This document shows positions 33,808 to 46,531 of a stretch of 64,000 nucleotides of DNA, piece by piece. The DNA comes from Diplonema japonicum (Eukaryota; Protista; Euglenozoa: Diplonemea): NCBI GenBank assembly GCA_964019335.1, contig OZ025693.1, forward strand, positions 62,001 to 126,000, given 5' to 3'. Positions within the stretch are counted from its first letter, which is position 1. Each line of letters starts with the position of its first letter. The notes below the pieces were generated by a model. That model was given only the letters and a program-made list of their open reading frames with translations. It did not search any database and was not told the DNA's origin. Both the position numbers and the translations under genes were made by a program.

Positions 33808-35555
33808 TTAATCAGACGTGGTGGTGGTGGTGGATATAGTTTGCGCGGTGATACTGGAGAGGAAGGGCTGGTGGTGCTGTAGGTTTCTTTCTTTTTCTTC
33901 CACCCCTTTTTTTTTTCTTTCTTTTTTTTCTTTCTTTTTTTTCCATACCTGTGCAGCGGGTTTAACTTTTCCCTTGAGAATCTCATCGCCCCGCTGCTCC
34001 CAGGCAGCTAGGGCATGACCCATAATGGGTGGGTCATCGATAATAGTGGAACTGTGTGACTGGAGGAGAAGGAGCTGTAGGTTTTTTTTCTCTTTTCTTT
34101 TTTGTTTACCCATGTGCATACCAATTGCTTCAAGGTGATTAGCTTGTCGTCAGCCTCTCCTGGAGGAGGTTCTACGTTGCTGGTGAATCGCTCAAGCATC
34201 TTGCGGACGAGCCTGACACAGCTCCTGACTTCCTCTGCCATAATGTGCACCCTTCCTGACAGTTCCTTCTCCAGCTCCCCCCTTTCGTTGAAGTACTGCA
34301 TCAGTGCTGTAGTCTTCGCCTCTGCATACGCCGCCTTAAGAGTATAGAGCTCGTTCTCAGTTGCTGCCAGCTTCATTGACAGGTCTTCCCGTGTCTCCGT
34401 CGTTGCGTTCATCAGTTCCTCTTCTCGCAGCTTTGCGTCCCGTCTCTCCCTCTCAAGCGCACCCCTCCCCATCTCCTCTCTCTCTTCGCACCCAGATAGG
34501 TTTTTCTTCAACTTTGTTATCTTTTCATCCGCTCTCTTCAGCTTTGCCCTCAGTGCGTTGTGTTCCATCTCAGCCGCCTTAACAATGCTCTCGATGTCTT
34601 GACGCATTTTCGACCCCATCTCTGCCTTGTACATTTGCATCTCCTGCTGCATGTCCGACTCCTTAGCAGTCGACACCTCCAGCTTGTGCCCGATATCCTG
34701 CATGACCTGCTTGCTTGCCTCTACGTCGTGCCCTGCAGTGTCCAGCAGCTTTTTCAGTTCTTCGTTGTACTTCATCAGTTCCTTGTTTTGCGCACGCAGT
34801 CCATCCACTTCCTTCATGGCAGAGGCCTCGCCTGCGCTCCGTACTCGCAGCTCGGACTCCTTGTCTTCGAGGGAGTGCTGCAGCTGGTGGATCTGCCGTT
34901 CTAAGGTGAGTACTTTGTTGTGCTCTTCGGTTTTGCATCTTTGCTCCACATCGCGTACCTTGGAGGCGACCTGCTGCTGCAGCCCGTTGGCCATTGTGAT
35001 GTTGTGGTTCTTCAGCGTGGCAACCTCCTTTGCGAGGAGATCATGGTTGTACTTCGCAGTCCGTGCCTCGTGTTCCCAGTACCGCGACTCCTCCTCAAAC
35101 TTCGCCTTGTTTTGTGCAAGGTGCGCAGCCTCCTGTTGCAGACGCGCTCTATCTGATCCCAGGTCTGCAATGGCCCGGCTGGCGTCGGTTGCTAGTTCAA
35201 GGGACTCGATGGCCTTCCTCTTCTCCTCCAGCTCACTGTGTAGTGAGGAAAGCTCCTTCCGCATCCCATCCTCAACCCGCACCTGCCTGTCCAACAGCAT
35301 CTCCTCCCTGAACTCTTGCAGCTGCCTCCTCAGCTGTGCTGCTGCCTCATCTTTGTGCATCATCCCTTCTGTCAAAGCGCTTATTTCCTTTGCTTGCGCC
35401 TGCAGCCTATGTTCCAACTGTCTTATTTCTTGTTCCCTTTCAACGCGTTGGGACTCCTGCACCAGGACGTGCCCCCTCGGAGGGGGGACCTTTACGATGC
35501 TCGCAGAGGTGCCGTACCCGTACGAGCCGCTTGACACGGTGCTGTTTGCGTGCAT
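33808..35555 (-). CDS. Long coiled-coil protein, 3 exons
   Basis: E/K/Q/L heptad-rich; introns 34075-34121 and 33877-33948 restore the frame to a TAA at 33808. Confidence 0.78.
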
Positions 35556-35640
35556 CTTATTTCATGTTCCCTGTGGTGCAGTGTAACAAAGAAAAAATGG
35601 GGAGAAACAATAAAAAAAAAAACACATTCCAAAGCATAGG

Positions 35641-37020
35641 CTATGGTTTAGAGTCGATGAAGTTACTGAAGCGGAGGAGAAGCGGGGGAGAGGGCGGCGC
35701 AGGGATGTCAGCCATGGCGTTGTTGATATGTTCCAAGGTGATATGTGTGGAGGAGGTGGCAAGTGCCTGGAGGCCTGCTGTGCGGAGGAGCCATCTCAAG
35801 GCAGCCGGTGTGTGGCCTACGGTACTGGCAGCAATGGCGTCAATGTCAACGTCGGGTGCCAGCGACATCTTTGTGGCCAATGCCTTGAGGATGGCCGCTC
35901 TGTCAGTTTCGTCTGGCGGGTTGATAAGAATAAGTTTTTCAAGCCTCCCCTGACGCAGGAGGGCAGAGTCGAGCAGCCAGGGCAGCGAGGTCAGCCCCAC
36001 CACCATGACACCTTTGTTGCCGCCGATCCCATCCAATTCGCACAGCAGCGACGAGAGCCCCCGAACAGACGCAGACCCCGCATCGTCGCTCTCGGCACCG
36101 TCCCGCCGCCTGCCCACCGCATCGATATCGTCGATGACTACCATGCAGGGCGACGCTGCACGTGCTTCTGTGAAGATTTCGCGTATCTTAGCCTCGGTCT
36201 CGCCCAGCCATGAGTTGAAGAGGCCAGCGGCGTCGACCCACCTGAACCCCACACCCAACTCCGTCAGGGGTGCTTCCAAGCTCCGTGCGAGGGATGTCTT
36301 ACCACACCCGCTGACCCCTGTCAAGAGGATACCAGACGGCGTGACGAATGACATCGCACTCGAGGTGGGGTTCATGGTTTTCACGAGTTTTATGAGGTCG
36401 TCTTGCAGCGAACCGAAACTGTGGAAGGCAGTGTTTGTGGCGGCGGAGTTCTGACGGTCCTTGAAAGGGTCCCTCGTGTCGCACACTGCCGGGTGGGACA
36501 CAGCACGGTGCAGGCTGGCGATGGTCTGATCCTTCACGGGAAGCCCTGTGAGTGGGTTGCCGAGAAGGGCGGCAAGGAGTGAATGGTGTGCGGCCTTCAT
36601 GGAGGGGACATCGATATGATGCAGACAGGTTGCAAGCAGAGCATTGATTTCTGGGGACACCACGTCTAGCAGTGATGGACGGCACAGAGTGACTATTGTG
36701 ATTTTGTAGTCATCATCGTGGGCGGGTGAATACTCTCGTAGCACCGCTGCATCTGCGTCTCTTCCTAGGAGGGATTCTAGAGGGTCTGCTACTGTAATCA
36801 CTTTCCCGTTGCCAGTGACTCGCAGACGTAAAACATCACCCTTTGCCTGCTTGACTACCCATTCTTCTCCCGCGTTCCGAAGTGCCTCTTTAACTGCCCA
36901 CGTCTTCCCTGAAGCAACTGGGCCCGTTACTAAAATTATTCGGTTGCCGCCACCAATTCTTTTCAATTTATCGATGGCTTCTGTGATCTGCCGGGCAGCT
37001 TGCTGGGATGGGAGCTCCAT
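35641..37020 (-). CDS. AAA+ ATPase (CDC48/AFG2-like, degenerate first domain)
   Basis: GPVASGKT; second domain GILLTGVSGCGKT, SWLGETEAKIREIF, VVIDDID and LDSALLRQGRLE. Confidence 0.88.
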   Translation of the reverse strand: MELPSQQAARQITEAIDKLKRIGGGNRIILVTGPVASGKTWAVKEALRNAGEEWVVKQAKGDVLRLRVTGNGKVITVADPLESLLGRDADAAVLREYSPAHDDDYKITIVTLCRPSLLDVVSPEINALLATCLHHIDVPSMKAAHHSLLAALLGNPLTGLPVKDQTIASLHRAVSHPAVCDTRDPFKDRQNSAATNTAFHSFGSLQDDLIKLVKTMNPTSSAMSFVTPSGILLTGVSGCGKTSLARSLEAPLTELGVGFRWVDAAGLFNSWLGETEAKIREIFTEARAASPCMVVIDDIDAVGRRRDGAESDDAGSASVRGLSSLLCELDGIGGNKGVMVVGLTSLPWLLDSALLRQGRLEKLILINPPDETDRAAILKALATKMSLAPDVDIDAIAASTVGHTPAALRWLLRTAGLQALATSSTHITLEHINNAMADIPAPPSPPLLLRFSNFIDSKP

Positions 37021-37619
37021 TTCTTTTTTTTTTTCTTTCCCCACTTGTTTTGTGGCATCATTCTCTATTATAAAAAAAGAAATCGGGGGAAAGGGGGGAG
37101 AAAAAAAAAAGGGTGGGTTTTCATTGCCTATTTTTTTTATAAAATAAAAAACTTAACCCCCCCCCCCTTTTCCCCCCCTTTTATCTTCTCCAACTCCTAA
37201 GAAATATAAAATAGAATAAAATAAAAAACACACTTTGTCACACCCCCCCCCCCCCCCCTCTCCTCCCCGTCTTTTTCGTTGTTAAAAAAAATCTCCTTTT
37301 TTTTATTTCTTCTTTTCTTCTTTTTTTTTGGGTTAGGATGGGAAAAGGAGGGGGGAGGTGGCAGATTTTTTAAAAGAAAGTGTAAAAAAAGAAAAAAAAG
37401 TCCAAAGCCCCCTTTTTTTCGCTGTTCTCTTTTGTTCCTTTTTTTTTTTTTTTTAAAAACCTTTAAATAACTCCTCACTTCAAGAAAGGAAAACAACAAA
37501 AAGCTTCATGGAGGAAAGGGGGAGAATAAAAAGTCCACTCTAAGGGGATTAATTAGAAAAAAAAAAACTCTAAACTTTAAAAAGAAAAATACTCCCCCCC
37601 CCATTAAAAAAAAAGCCAT

Positions 37620-38670
37620 CTACCCCTGCTGCTTCTCTCTCCTTTCCTTTTCCTTCTGTTTGTCCTCCTCTTCCTTCTGCTTGATGGTTTCCTTAACCAC
37701 CTTGTCAACCTCTTCAGTTCTGCAGATATGGAACTTGGGCTGACCGTCGTCGCCCTATTTTTTTTTATTTTTTTTTTCCACCTCTACTGTTTCATACCAT
37801 AGTCATGTGCGCAATCTCTACCTTCTCAGAGGTCAGAGACCCATCTTGACACTTGTTAAGGATTCTGCATCCCAGGCGCATAGCATCTTCCATGGACATG
37901 TTCTCCTTCCAGTCTGTCTTGAGGACGCTTTGGGCGGCATCTGTGTGCTGGCCGATCGCGTTCGCCTTCCACGCACTGAAGTTACCGCTCGGATCAGAGT
38001 GGTACCTTTAAAAAAAAAAAAATTTTTTTTTTTTAAAAAAAAATTTCTTCTTTCCACATACAACTGGAATCCATGTGCGTTATCCCAACCCGCGTAAAGG
38101 AAGGAAACACCAAACGGCCTCAGACCACCGATTTGCGTGTACCCTTGTTTAATGTCACACATCACTGTCACGAGATGCTCGATAGGAACCTTTTTTTTTG
38201 TTTAAAAGGGGGAAGAAAAGAACATACCGGCTCTTGGTAGGTGTAGGCGTACCTTTGTGCGGTGAGCCTGGCATGGTTGATGAGGGTGTTTGCATCGGCA
38301 GTGAGCCCTGCAACGCTCACCGCAAGGTGGTCGTCAACCATGAACAGCTTCTCAGCAGATATGTTCTATGGATTAAAAAGATTTTTTTTTTTTTTAAAAA
38401 AAAAACAGAAAGATGGAGGGGGAGAACGTACCTTTTCCAGACCCTCCTCTGAGTCCAAGAGAGGGGACTGCTGGGGCCGTTCAGCCAGCAGCAGCACTCC
38501 GTCTTTGGTGAGCATGCCAAGGGTCAGTGGGGCGTGGCCGATAGCAGTCATGGCATACTCAACCTTTTTTTTTTTTTCTTTTTTTTTCTTCTTTTTTTCC
38601 CCATTCATACCTGGTACAATCTCCCTTCTTGGGAGAAGATAGTTGTCCGTGAGTCGAATCTCCTTCCAGA

Positions 38671-38673
<3 letters not shown>
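37620..38673 (-). CDS. PSMA4: 20S proteasome subunit alpha-3 (PSMA4/PRE9), 6 exons
   Basis: [18 protein letters not shown]|[30 protein letters not shown] and [12 protein letters not shown]; introns 38564-38610, 38366-38431, 38190-38227, 38006-38061 and 37755-37797. Confidence 0.93.
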
Positions 38674-38707
<34 letters not shown>

Positions 38708-41207
38708 GACAACACCTTTTTTTTTTTTTATAAATACGTGGAAACAAACAAATAGAAAAAAAAAAGAAAAAGAAAAAAAAGAGGGTAAACTACTTTGTCT
38801 TGAGGTGGGGAAAAGACAGGGGGGGGGGGGGAATGGGTCCAAACAAAAAAAAAAAAAATACCCAAGAAAGTTTCGTTGCTGTTACTCAGGCCCCCTCCAC
38901 CCCCGGTTGGAGAGAATTGTCAGCTAGTTATAGGCTGGGTTGCATTTCTTTTCCCATTGTTTCTTTTTCCAGTAGATGTTCTCTAGCCTTCATCCTTGAG
39001 TCCTGTGACCATTGGCCTCGATACAAGCGAGGGGACCGGACGGCGGGGGACATCTGTTGCTGAGCCATCGACTGGAAGACCTACATCTTTTATAACTTTA
39101 ATCGTTTTTATCCTGGTGGAGCGAACGAACAGACCTCTTAAAAAATATCGATTCAAAGTACTCTCCAGAAGAAAATTAAAAAAAAAAAATAGACTTTTCA
39201 GATATTTACGATTCAGTAAAGAAACCTTTAGTTTTCTTTTTTTTTTTTATCCCCCCCTCCCCTTTCTTTATTTCTAAACAACATAATAAAAAAAAAAAAA
39301 ACGAGAAGGGAGAAAAAAAAAATAACTGATTGACAAACCCAATAACAAAAAGTTATCTTGTTTTCTTTTTTTTTCAAGAAGCGTTGGGGGGGGGGGGGGA
39401 GAAAACCACGCCTCCTAGTTTTTCCTCCTATAACATTCTCCTCATGTATCTCAAAGAATATTGGTAAAAAAGAGGGGGGGGGAGGGGGGGGGGGGGGGGG
39501 GGGATGGGGATGGGGCCAGGTTTTTGGCGAGTGGGCAGCATTGCTGCAGTCTAGCCCTTTTATGCAGTTCCTTCCTCGAAGGCTGACTCCAACGCCGCCG
39601 CCCTGTAGTTATTTCTTTCTTTCTTTCTTTTCTTTTTTTTTTTTTTTTTTTTTTTTAAAGAAAGGAAATGCAGATTTGGGAAAGAATATGTTGTTGGGGA
39701 TTTAAAAAAGGGGGAGGGAATCGTTTTTTTTTTTTTTTTTTTTCTTTCTTTTTTCCCCTTCTTTACCTAGCACAGTCGGTGGAGTATTTACATACCCACA
39801 TTTGATTCACGGTCTAAGTTACTTAGTTGTTTTTCTTGGGGCTAAAACGACCACTCGATCCTTTAAAATTCTCCCGATTTTTTTTTTTTTTTTTCATCGA
39901 TAAGTTATAGCCCCCTTTTTAAAATTCAAAAAAAAAAGGGGGGAAAAAGCTTTTTTGGTATATCACCATTCCACGCTGCACTATTAACCACGCTGTTTAA
40001 GGTCAAGCCACTTGACAAAAAAAAGAAAAAAAAAAAAAACGAAAAAGAAAATGCGTAAAAGGAAAGAGGAAAAAAAATCACCCAGAGTTAAAAAGAAAAA
40101 AAAAAGGGACGAAAAACGAAAAGAAAGCAACTCCATATACCCTTCCCCTTCCTTTTTGTAAGTACAATGAAAAGAAAATGGGGATTTTTTTTTTTTGAAA
40201 GAATTATGAGATACAATCCTCATCTCGCGCATAGCTGGGGTTGAGCTGCACGCGGCATTGCAGGTTTATTCCCAGAAAGTATCAGAAAGAGCATCGTATT
40301 TTTAGGTATAAGTAACTGATAATACGGTAAGAAACTCACTTTATAAAAAAAAGAAGAGAATTAAAAAAAAAAACCCCTCTCCCAGTCTTTTTTTTTTGAT
40401 CAGCACAACACGGCATTGAACACTTGCTTTATTTTTTATTTTTTTGTTCATTTCTTTTTCTTTCTTGACCTTGGTCAATAGTTTTTCTTAAATCCCCTTT
40501 TTCTTTTTTTTTTTTTTGCGAATTGTCTTTTTTCCGGAAGATGATATTTATCTTTTTTCCCCGAACTCGCGTGAAAGTGTGGGGGGGGATTTCCTGAAAA
40601 TAAAAAAAAAAAACTGGACATTTTGAATGGAAAAAAAAAGTATTTGCGCCAAAAAAAAAAAAAAGAAAGAAAATTCAAACTTTTTCTTTTAAAACCTAAA
40701 GGTATTACAATATGGCCGCTTTTACACAGGAAAAAAAAAAAATCGATCTAATTTTGCGGTGCGCTGGTTAGTGCCCACCACAGACTGAGGATCCCATGCC
40801 TGTCACCATTGGCTTCAATGCACTAAGTTCCTCTCCAAATAAAGAACAGTTTGAATGGACAATAGAATGCTTCTTCCCGGGGCAAACAAGATCGACGAAG
40901 CGTACCCCACCCGGAGCGGGGGTCGCAAAGCATCAACATCCAATGTTCACAACATAGCCAACATGTCGGGTACAGAAACTTCTTGCATCTCTCGGCACAG
41001 GGGGCATTCTGTACCCAGTCGTCGTCTGAGGGGGGGAAAAAAAAAAAGAAAATCAAGAAAAAAAAATGGTTTCTTTTTTTTTTTTTTTTTTTTTTTCTTC
41101 TTTCTTTTTCTTTATATATTAACTTGTTACTTACCCCCACCCACCGAAGGTAGAGTGTGAAAGGGGGAGGGGGCAGGGGGGGGTGTCACAAGACATTCGA
41201 CCACTCA

Positions 41208-41246
<39 letters not shown>

Positions 41247-41308
41247 ATTTTCTTTTTTCTTTTTTTTATATCACAATTTTTTTTTCTCTCATTGTCAATT
41301 TTTCACAC

Positions 41309-44300
41309 CTATAACTGAATATGTGGTGATGAGTATGCTCGTCTCGGGGTGAAGATGCGGGGACTCTCAACATGCAAACTTGTGCTGAGGTGGGGGTTCA
41401 GGATAAACGGAGAGGTGAGCGATATTGCATTCCGCAATGGGTTTTCGCCGGGGGCAGTGAGGGTCATCACCGTCCTCTTCGCGTTGTTGTGGTCCTGCTC
41501 CACCTGGTGATCCTCCTCGTTGAACGACAGCTCTCCTTGTTCCTCGAAGAACACTTGTTCCTCCTCCTCGCACTCTTCAAAATACACACGTTTCTCCATT
41601 AAGCTCTTTTTCTCCACATCGTACTTCTTCTGCATCTGCTGCCTTCGCTTCCATTCCACGTAAAACAGCAACAGCGGGTCGATGATCCCCTTCGCTAAAG
41701 TGATGTAGCTAACTACCACTAATATCTGCTCTGCTACATTAAAACTCCCATCTGAACGATCCTTTGTGTCAAACCCCTTAGCTAGGAAGCCCATGGCGAT
41801 GGCCTCCAACCCCGCTATAATCACATTAACATGGTTGTCAAACAGTGAGGCCCACGGACACCCCAACCCTATTACCAACGTGAATATCCCGAAAAACAAA
41901 CACAGTACAATGGCGATGTTCCTGCAGTGGAGCATGTCCGTCGCCTCCACCACCTGCACCACTGTGATCGCCAGCAACACGAAGCACTCGACTATCAAAA
42001 ACCACGTCCAGCCCTTGCGGTACATCTCGAAGAGCAGCCCCCACTTGCTCACCCGTTTGCTGTGCGTTGCTGACACCCATTCACCTTTTCCGAACATGTA
42101 CGTAGATAGTGCCGCGCCTTTCTTCTCGTAGTACTCTACCTCGACCATGATCCCCTTTAGTTTCAAGTACACGACCACTAGGAAGCCCAAGTTGAATACG
42201 GTCAGTGTTCCTATTCCAATGGTTTGTTCCCATGCTTCGCCGAAGATGGCCAGCTTCAAGCTGCATGTAGCCATGCCGTGGTACATGAAGATGACGGCGA
42301 AGAGCGACAGGTACGGGAACCTCAGGTCCGCTGAGGCGTCGTCGAAGGCTTCGTCGAACACGCCGCTTCCGCCGCCGCTTTCCCTGCGGATCGCCCAGGC
42401 ACGGATTTGCACTGCCGCGAACTGTATCAAAATAGGTGTAATCATGATGATGATGTCGCCCACGATGCCCCCGAGGTACAGCGCATTGTTGCCGCTGCCG
42501 ATCTCCAGTCCTAACGGTGCAATCTCGGGATCCAGCACGTCGTCTGCAGACCCGCACAGTGTGAGCAGTGCACTGAGCCTGGCAGCGCCCATCGCACCGC
42601 TTGTCGAGATGGTGAACGACGACGCGCTCGTGATGGACTTCACCGCGTCTGACGAGTACGACACACGCACTATGGGCGCCACTGTCTCTGTTGGCTCTAT
42701 CGTTGGGCGATCAATTGACGAAGTGCACGTCGGGCTTGTCCAGTTCGTGAGGCACAGACACTCACAAACCTCGCTGCTAGAGATGCAACCCCCACCTGAG
42801 AAGAAGCATGGCCTGCATGTGGTTGCGTCGAGCTGTTCGTACCCTGGCTTGCACTCGCACGCACACACGCCGTCCACAGAAGTCGCGTTGCCTCCGATAC
42901 AGTCGCATGTCTGGCAGTCTGGAGGTGTGCCTACACCGCTGGCACACTCGTTGCACTTCTCGCCGCTGTATCTGTCTGGACACACTTCGCACCTGTCCCC
43001 CGTCCATTGGTTCTGGCACGTGTCACATACACAGGCACCACTTTTCACCATTGCTGCCGCCCTGTCGTTGCAGTAGCTCCCCTGGCACAGCCAGCATTCT
43101 GGGTATTCGATCCTGTGCGCGGCACACTCTGCGCAGTCCTCTTGATCGTTGTACTTTTCATCGCACGTGTCACAGTTTGTGCCGTTCCACATGTCCCTGC
43201 ACTCGCAGGTGCACCCGCTGTCGCTTGCCACCACATTCACGGCATGGTTGTTGCAGTGTTCAGATGTGCTGCACATCTCGCATGCCGGGTACAACGCTCT
43301 GCCAGGGGCGCAGGAAGCGCACATAGTCTGCTCGTAAATTGGGCTGCAGGAGTCGCACTGGTCGCCGTACCACTGGCCGGAGCACTTGCAGAAGCAAGTG
43401 GTGCGAGATGCATCTGAACTGGAAATAGTGGTCGAAGTCTGGCTGCACTGTGAGTCGCAGGAAGAACACGTCGGGAACAAGATGTAACCCTCGGCACACG
43501 CATCACATGTCAAGCTGTTGTACTGCGGTGGACATAAATCGCACAGATCGCCCTCCCACTTGTCGGCACAGTGGCAGAAACACGATGAAGCAGTGCTAGA
43601 GATGCGCAAAGCATGGTTGTTGCAGTAGTTCATTGTGCACTCGGAGCACCCGCCACCCGGATTAGACACGTAGCCCTGCATGCACACATCACAGTCGGAC
43701 CCTGCATACGGTACCTCGCACCTATCGCACTTGTCTCCACTCCAGTAGTTCTTACATGTGCAGTTGCACGCGCCACCCGTTGCAGTAGTAATTTCGTCCA
43801 CCTTGGTAGCGCGGTTGCTGCAGTGTGTCACCACACCGCAGGACCCACACACAGGCCACACGCCCATCCCATTGCACACCTCGCAGTTGGGACCTGTGAA
43901 GACAGTGGTGGGGCACGTGGAGCACTGGTCGTCAATCCACCCGTTGGAACATTGGCACAGACACGTTTGATGATTGTTGTCGGCATACACTGCTTGGGCA
44001 TTGCCTGAACAATGAGCAACATTGTCACACAATATGCAGTCTGGGAAAGTGATGCGGTCAGCATTGCACGCATTGCAATCCTGTGCTGCATCGTACTTGT
44101 CCGGACACACATCACACAGTGGGCCTTCCCACTTGTTTCGGCACTTGCATGCACACTGAGAAAGACCAATAGCAGTAACTTCATCGGCCTGACCGCTGCA
44201 ATGCTTGCTCACGGTGCATTGCTCGCATGTTGGGTAGTTGATAAAACCATCGACACCGTCTAAGCAGGCATCGCAGGTTGTGCTGTTGAAACGGGCAGGG

Positions 44301-45630
44301 CAGTGCGAGCAGTCTGTGCCGCTCCATTGGTCGTTACATGTGCAGTTGCAATTTCCGCTCGAGCTGCCCGCTACCGCAGATGCGTGGTCAGAGCAGTTCA
44401 GATGTGTGGAGCACCTGTGTTGTGGTGGTGAATGTAAAGGTAGCAACATACGTCGAACACTGGGTGCCAAAGTGATTCAGTGCGCACGCACCTGTGTCAC
44501 AGTCAGAGTACTGGCTTGGGCAGACACTACAGTCAGGCCCCGTCCAGCGCCCAGAACATAAACATCCGCACGTCAGGTAATCAAAGGTGAAGGAGACTAG
44601 TGCATGATCGTTGCAATCCGTGCTGACATGGCACTTCCTGCAGGTTGGGAACCCGACATGCGATGCGGCGCACTCCGCACATGTCGTCTGGTTGAAGATG
44701 GGGTCACACTGGTCGCATGCGTGGCCTGTCCACTCATCACTGCAGGAGCAGAGACACTCAGTCTGCGACGGCGATGGCGTGGGTGGAAGCTTTGCCCGCC
44801 CGTTGCAGTGCACGCTGTTGCTGCACTGGACGCAGTTGCCGTTGCCGTCGTCAAGAAGGTCGGGTGCGCAGGCGGAGCAGTCGTTGATGAGGCCGAAAGC
44901 GCAATTTTGGCAAGAAACGCCCGTGTAGTAGTTTTTGCAGGTGCAGACACATCCTGTGCTGCTCGCAGCGCTGTGTGTGACAGACAGGGCACGGTCGTTG
45001 CAGTCACGGTTGTTGGTGCAGGGCTCGCAGATGTTGACTGGGACGCCAGGTCGCACGCAATCCATACAGTCGTTCGTGAACTGCTCAGGACAGTGGCTGC
45101 ACTGGTACTGATTTGACCACCCGCCATGACAGTCGCAAGCGCACTGCTTTCCTACCTTTCGTGCCGTCCCTCTGTTAAAGCAGTACAAAGCGTCTGTGCA
45201 CTTGAAAACAGACCACGTTTGACACCCTTTACTGCCGTTCCATTTACAGGCGCTCTTCGTTGATCGTGCTTCACACGTTCTTTTATTCCAATAGTAACGG
45301 CAGCCTGCACAAGAACCTAACCAGTGCTGAGGAATTTTGAAAAAAAAGGTGTCTTTGAAAAAAAAAAAAATGAAAAACACAGGGACACATACACAAGAGC
45401 CATCGTGTGCCGAACACTCAGCGTGAGAGGACAGCGTCGAGCAATCGATGTACGTCTTGCACTTGACATTGTAATAACTGTTCCAGAAGCAGAAGATGCT
45501 ATCGTCACAAGAAACCTATGTTTTTTTCGTTTATTTCCTTTATTCTTACGTTACGCACCTCGTCTGTTAATGTTTCACATTCTCGGATTTCAGTTGCGGC
45601 AAGGACATAAGTTGCGATCACAAGCAGCAT
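41309..45630 (-). CDS. Large surface protein: signal peptide, many laminin-type EGF repeats, C-terminal ~7-TM domain; 4 exons
   Basis: Start MLLVIATYVLAA; introns ~45516-45558, ~45328-45392 and 44415-44451; repeated CxxHA..CxCxCxxxWxGxxCxxC; hydrophobic C-terminal region. Confidence 0.82.
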
Positions 45631-45725
45631 GGGTCATGTAGACGTGCGTCTTCCTTGAGCACCAGCCTGTCGGAGGTGTTTCAACAAGAAAAAAAGAACC
45701 GAAGAAATACGGGAAAAAAAAGAGG

Positions 45726-46385
45726 TTAAAGAATATTCGTTATAACCAAAGCAAATAGCATCCACGAAAGTGGATGCGTCACAGAGCCCGAGGATGGCGT
45801 ACAGCGGCACTGACGGAGGTAGTTGCAGGACTGCCGTGAGAACCCTGCCTCAAGGTAAGTATCAATGAGATCATCGCAAGCAGACTGTGCGAGGTACTCC
45901 TCACACTTTGCCACCGTGCGCATGCATGTGTAGTACTCGTTGACACATTCACAAGGGCTATCTGGATATTGCCTGAAGCAAGCAGAAGGGTCGTAGTCCT
46001 TCAGAGCACAGAGGGTGTATGCTTCTGCAGTGCATGCTGCACCGCTGATGTCTGCTTTGCATGTAATCTCAACCGGGTTGGGTGGCGTTCCGCATTCGTT
46101 CAGCACAAAGCACGCGTTTCCGTTCCCGCCCTCCAGCACGTATGACACCACGCTCCCGAAACAGTCGCATTCACCCACTACCGTTACCCGCCCTCCCGAC
46201 GATGCCGTCTTGCTGCAGGCAACTGAGTTGCCGCCAAACCCCTTGCACATCACTTCGAATCCCGCACAGCTCCCCATCATCAACGCTTCTCGCTTCGAGC
46301 AGTTGTTCACCGCAGTCGGGGGGTAATGCGGTGATGCCAGCCCCCTTGCCCCTTGCACCAACAGTGCGACATACAGCCAGCGCAT
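45726..46385 (-). CDS. Small cysteine-rich secreted protein, probably GPI- or membrane-anchored
   Basis: Signal-like MRWLYVALLVQGARG; Cys-rich body; hydrophobic C-terminal tail after SSGS. Confidence 0.75.
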   Translation of the reverse strand: MRWLYVALLVQGARGLASPHYPPTAVNNCSKREALMMGSCAGFEVMCKGFGGNSVACSKTASSGGRVTVVGECDCFGSVVSYVLEGGNGNACFVLNECGTPPNPVEITCKADISGAACTAEAYTLCALKDYDPSACFRQYPDSPCECVNEYYTCMRTVAKCEEYLAQSACDDLIDTYLEAGFSRQSCNYLRQCRCTPSSGSVTHPLSWMLFALVITNIL

Positions 46386-46472
46386 GGCTGTTGCGTGGCC
46401 ACCTGTGGGGGGAACAAAAAAAAATCCCTCCCCCAACATCCCCCTCCCGTATAATTAAAAGAACAAAAGAAA

Positions 46473-46511
46473 ATCACTATGATGGAAGAAGTGTTCGCAA
46501 AACGACCCATC
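46473..46511 (+). repeat. ~45-nt dispersed repeat, degenerate copy 3
   Basis: atcactatgatggaagaagtgttcgcaaaacgacccatc followed by an A-rich tail. Confidence 0.65.
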
Positions 46512-46531
46512 AAATAAACAAAAGAAACACA

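Noticed and set aside
37620-38673. Apparent frameshifts or pseudogenes in PSMA4, PRP31, centrins and the CNG channel
   Set aside because: All are resolved by short GT-AG introns that restore conserved reading frames
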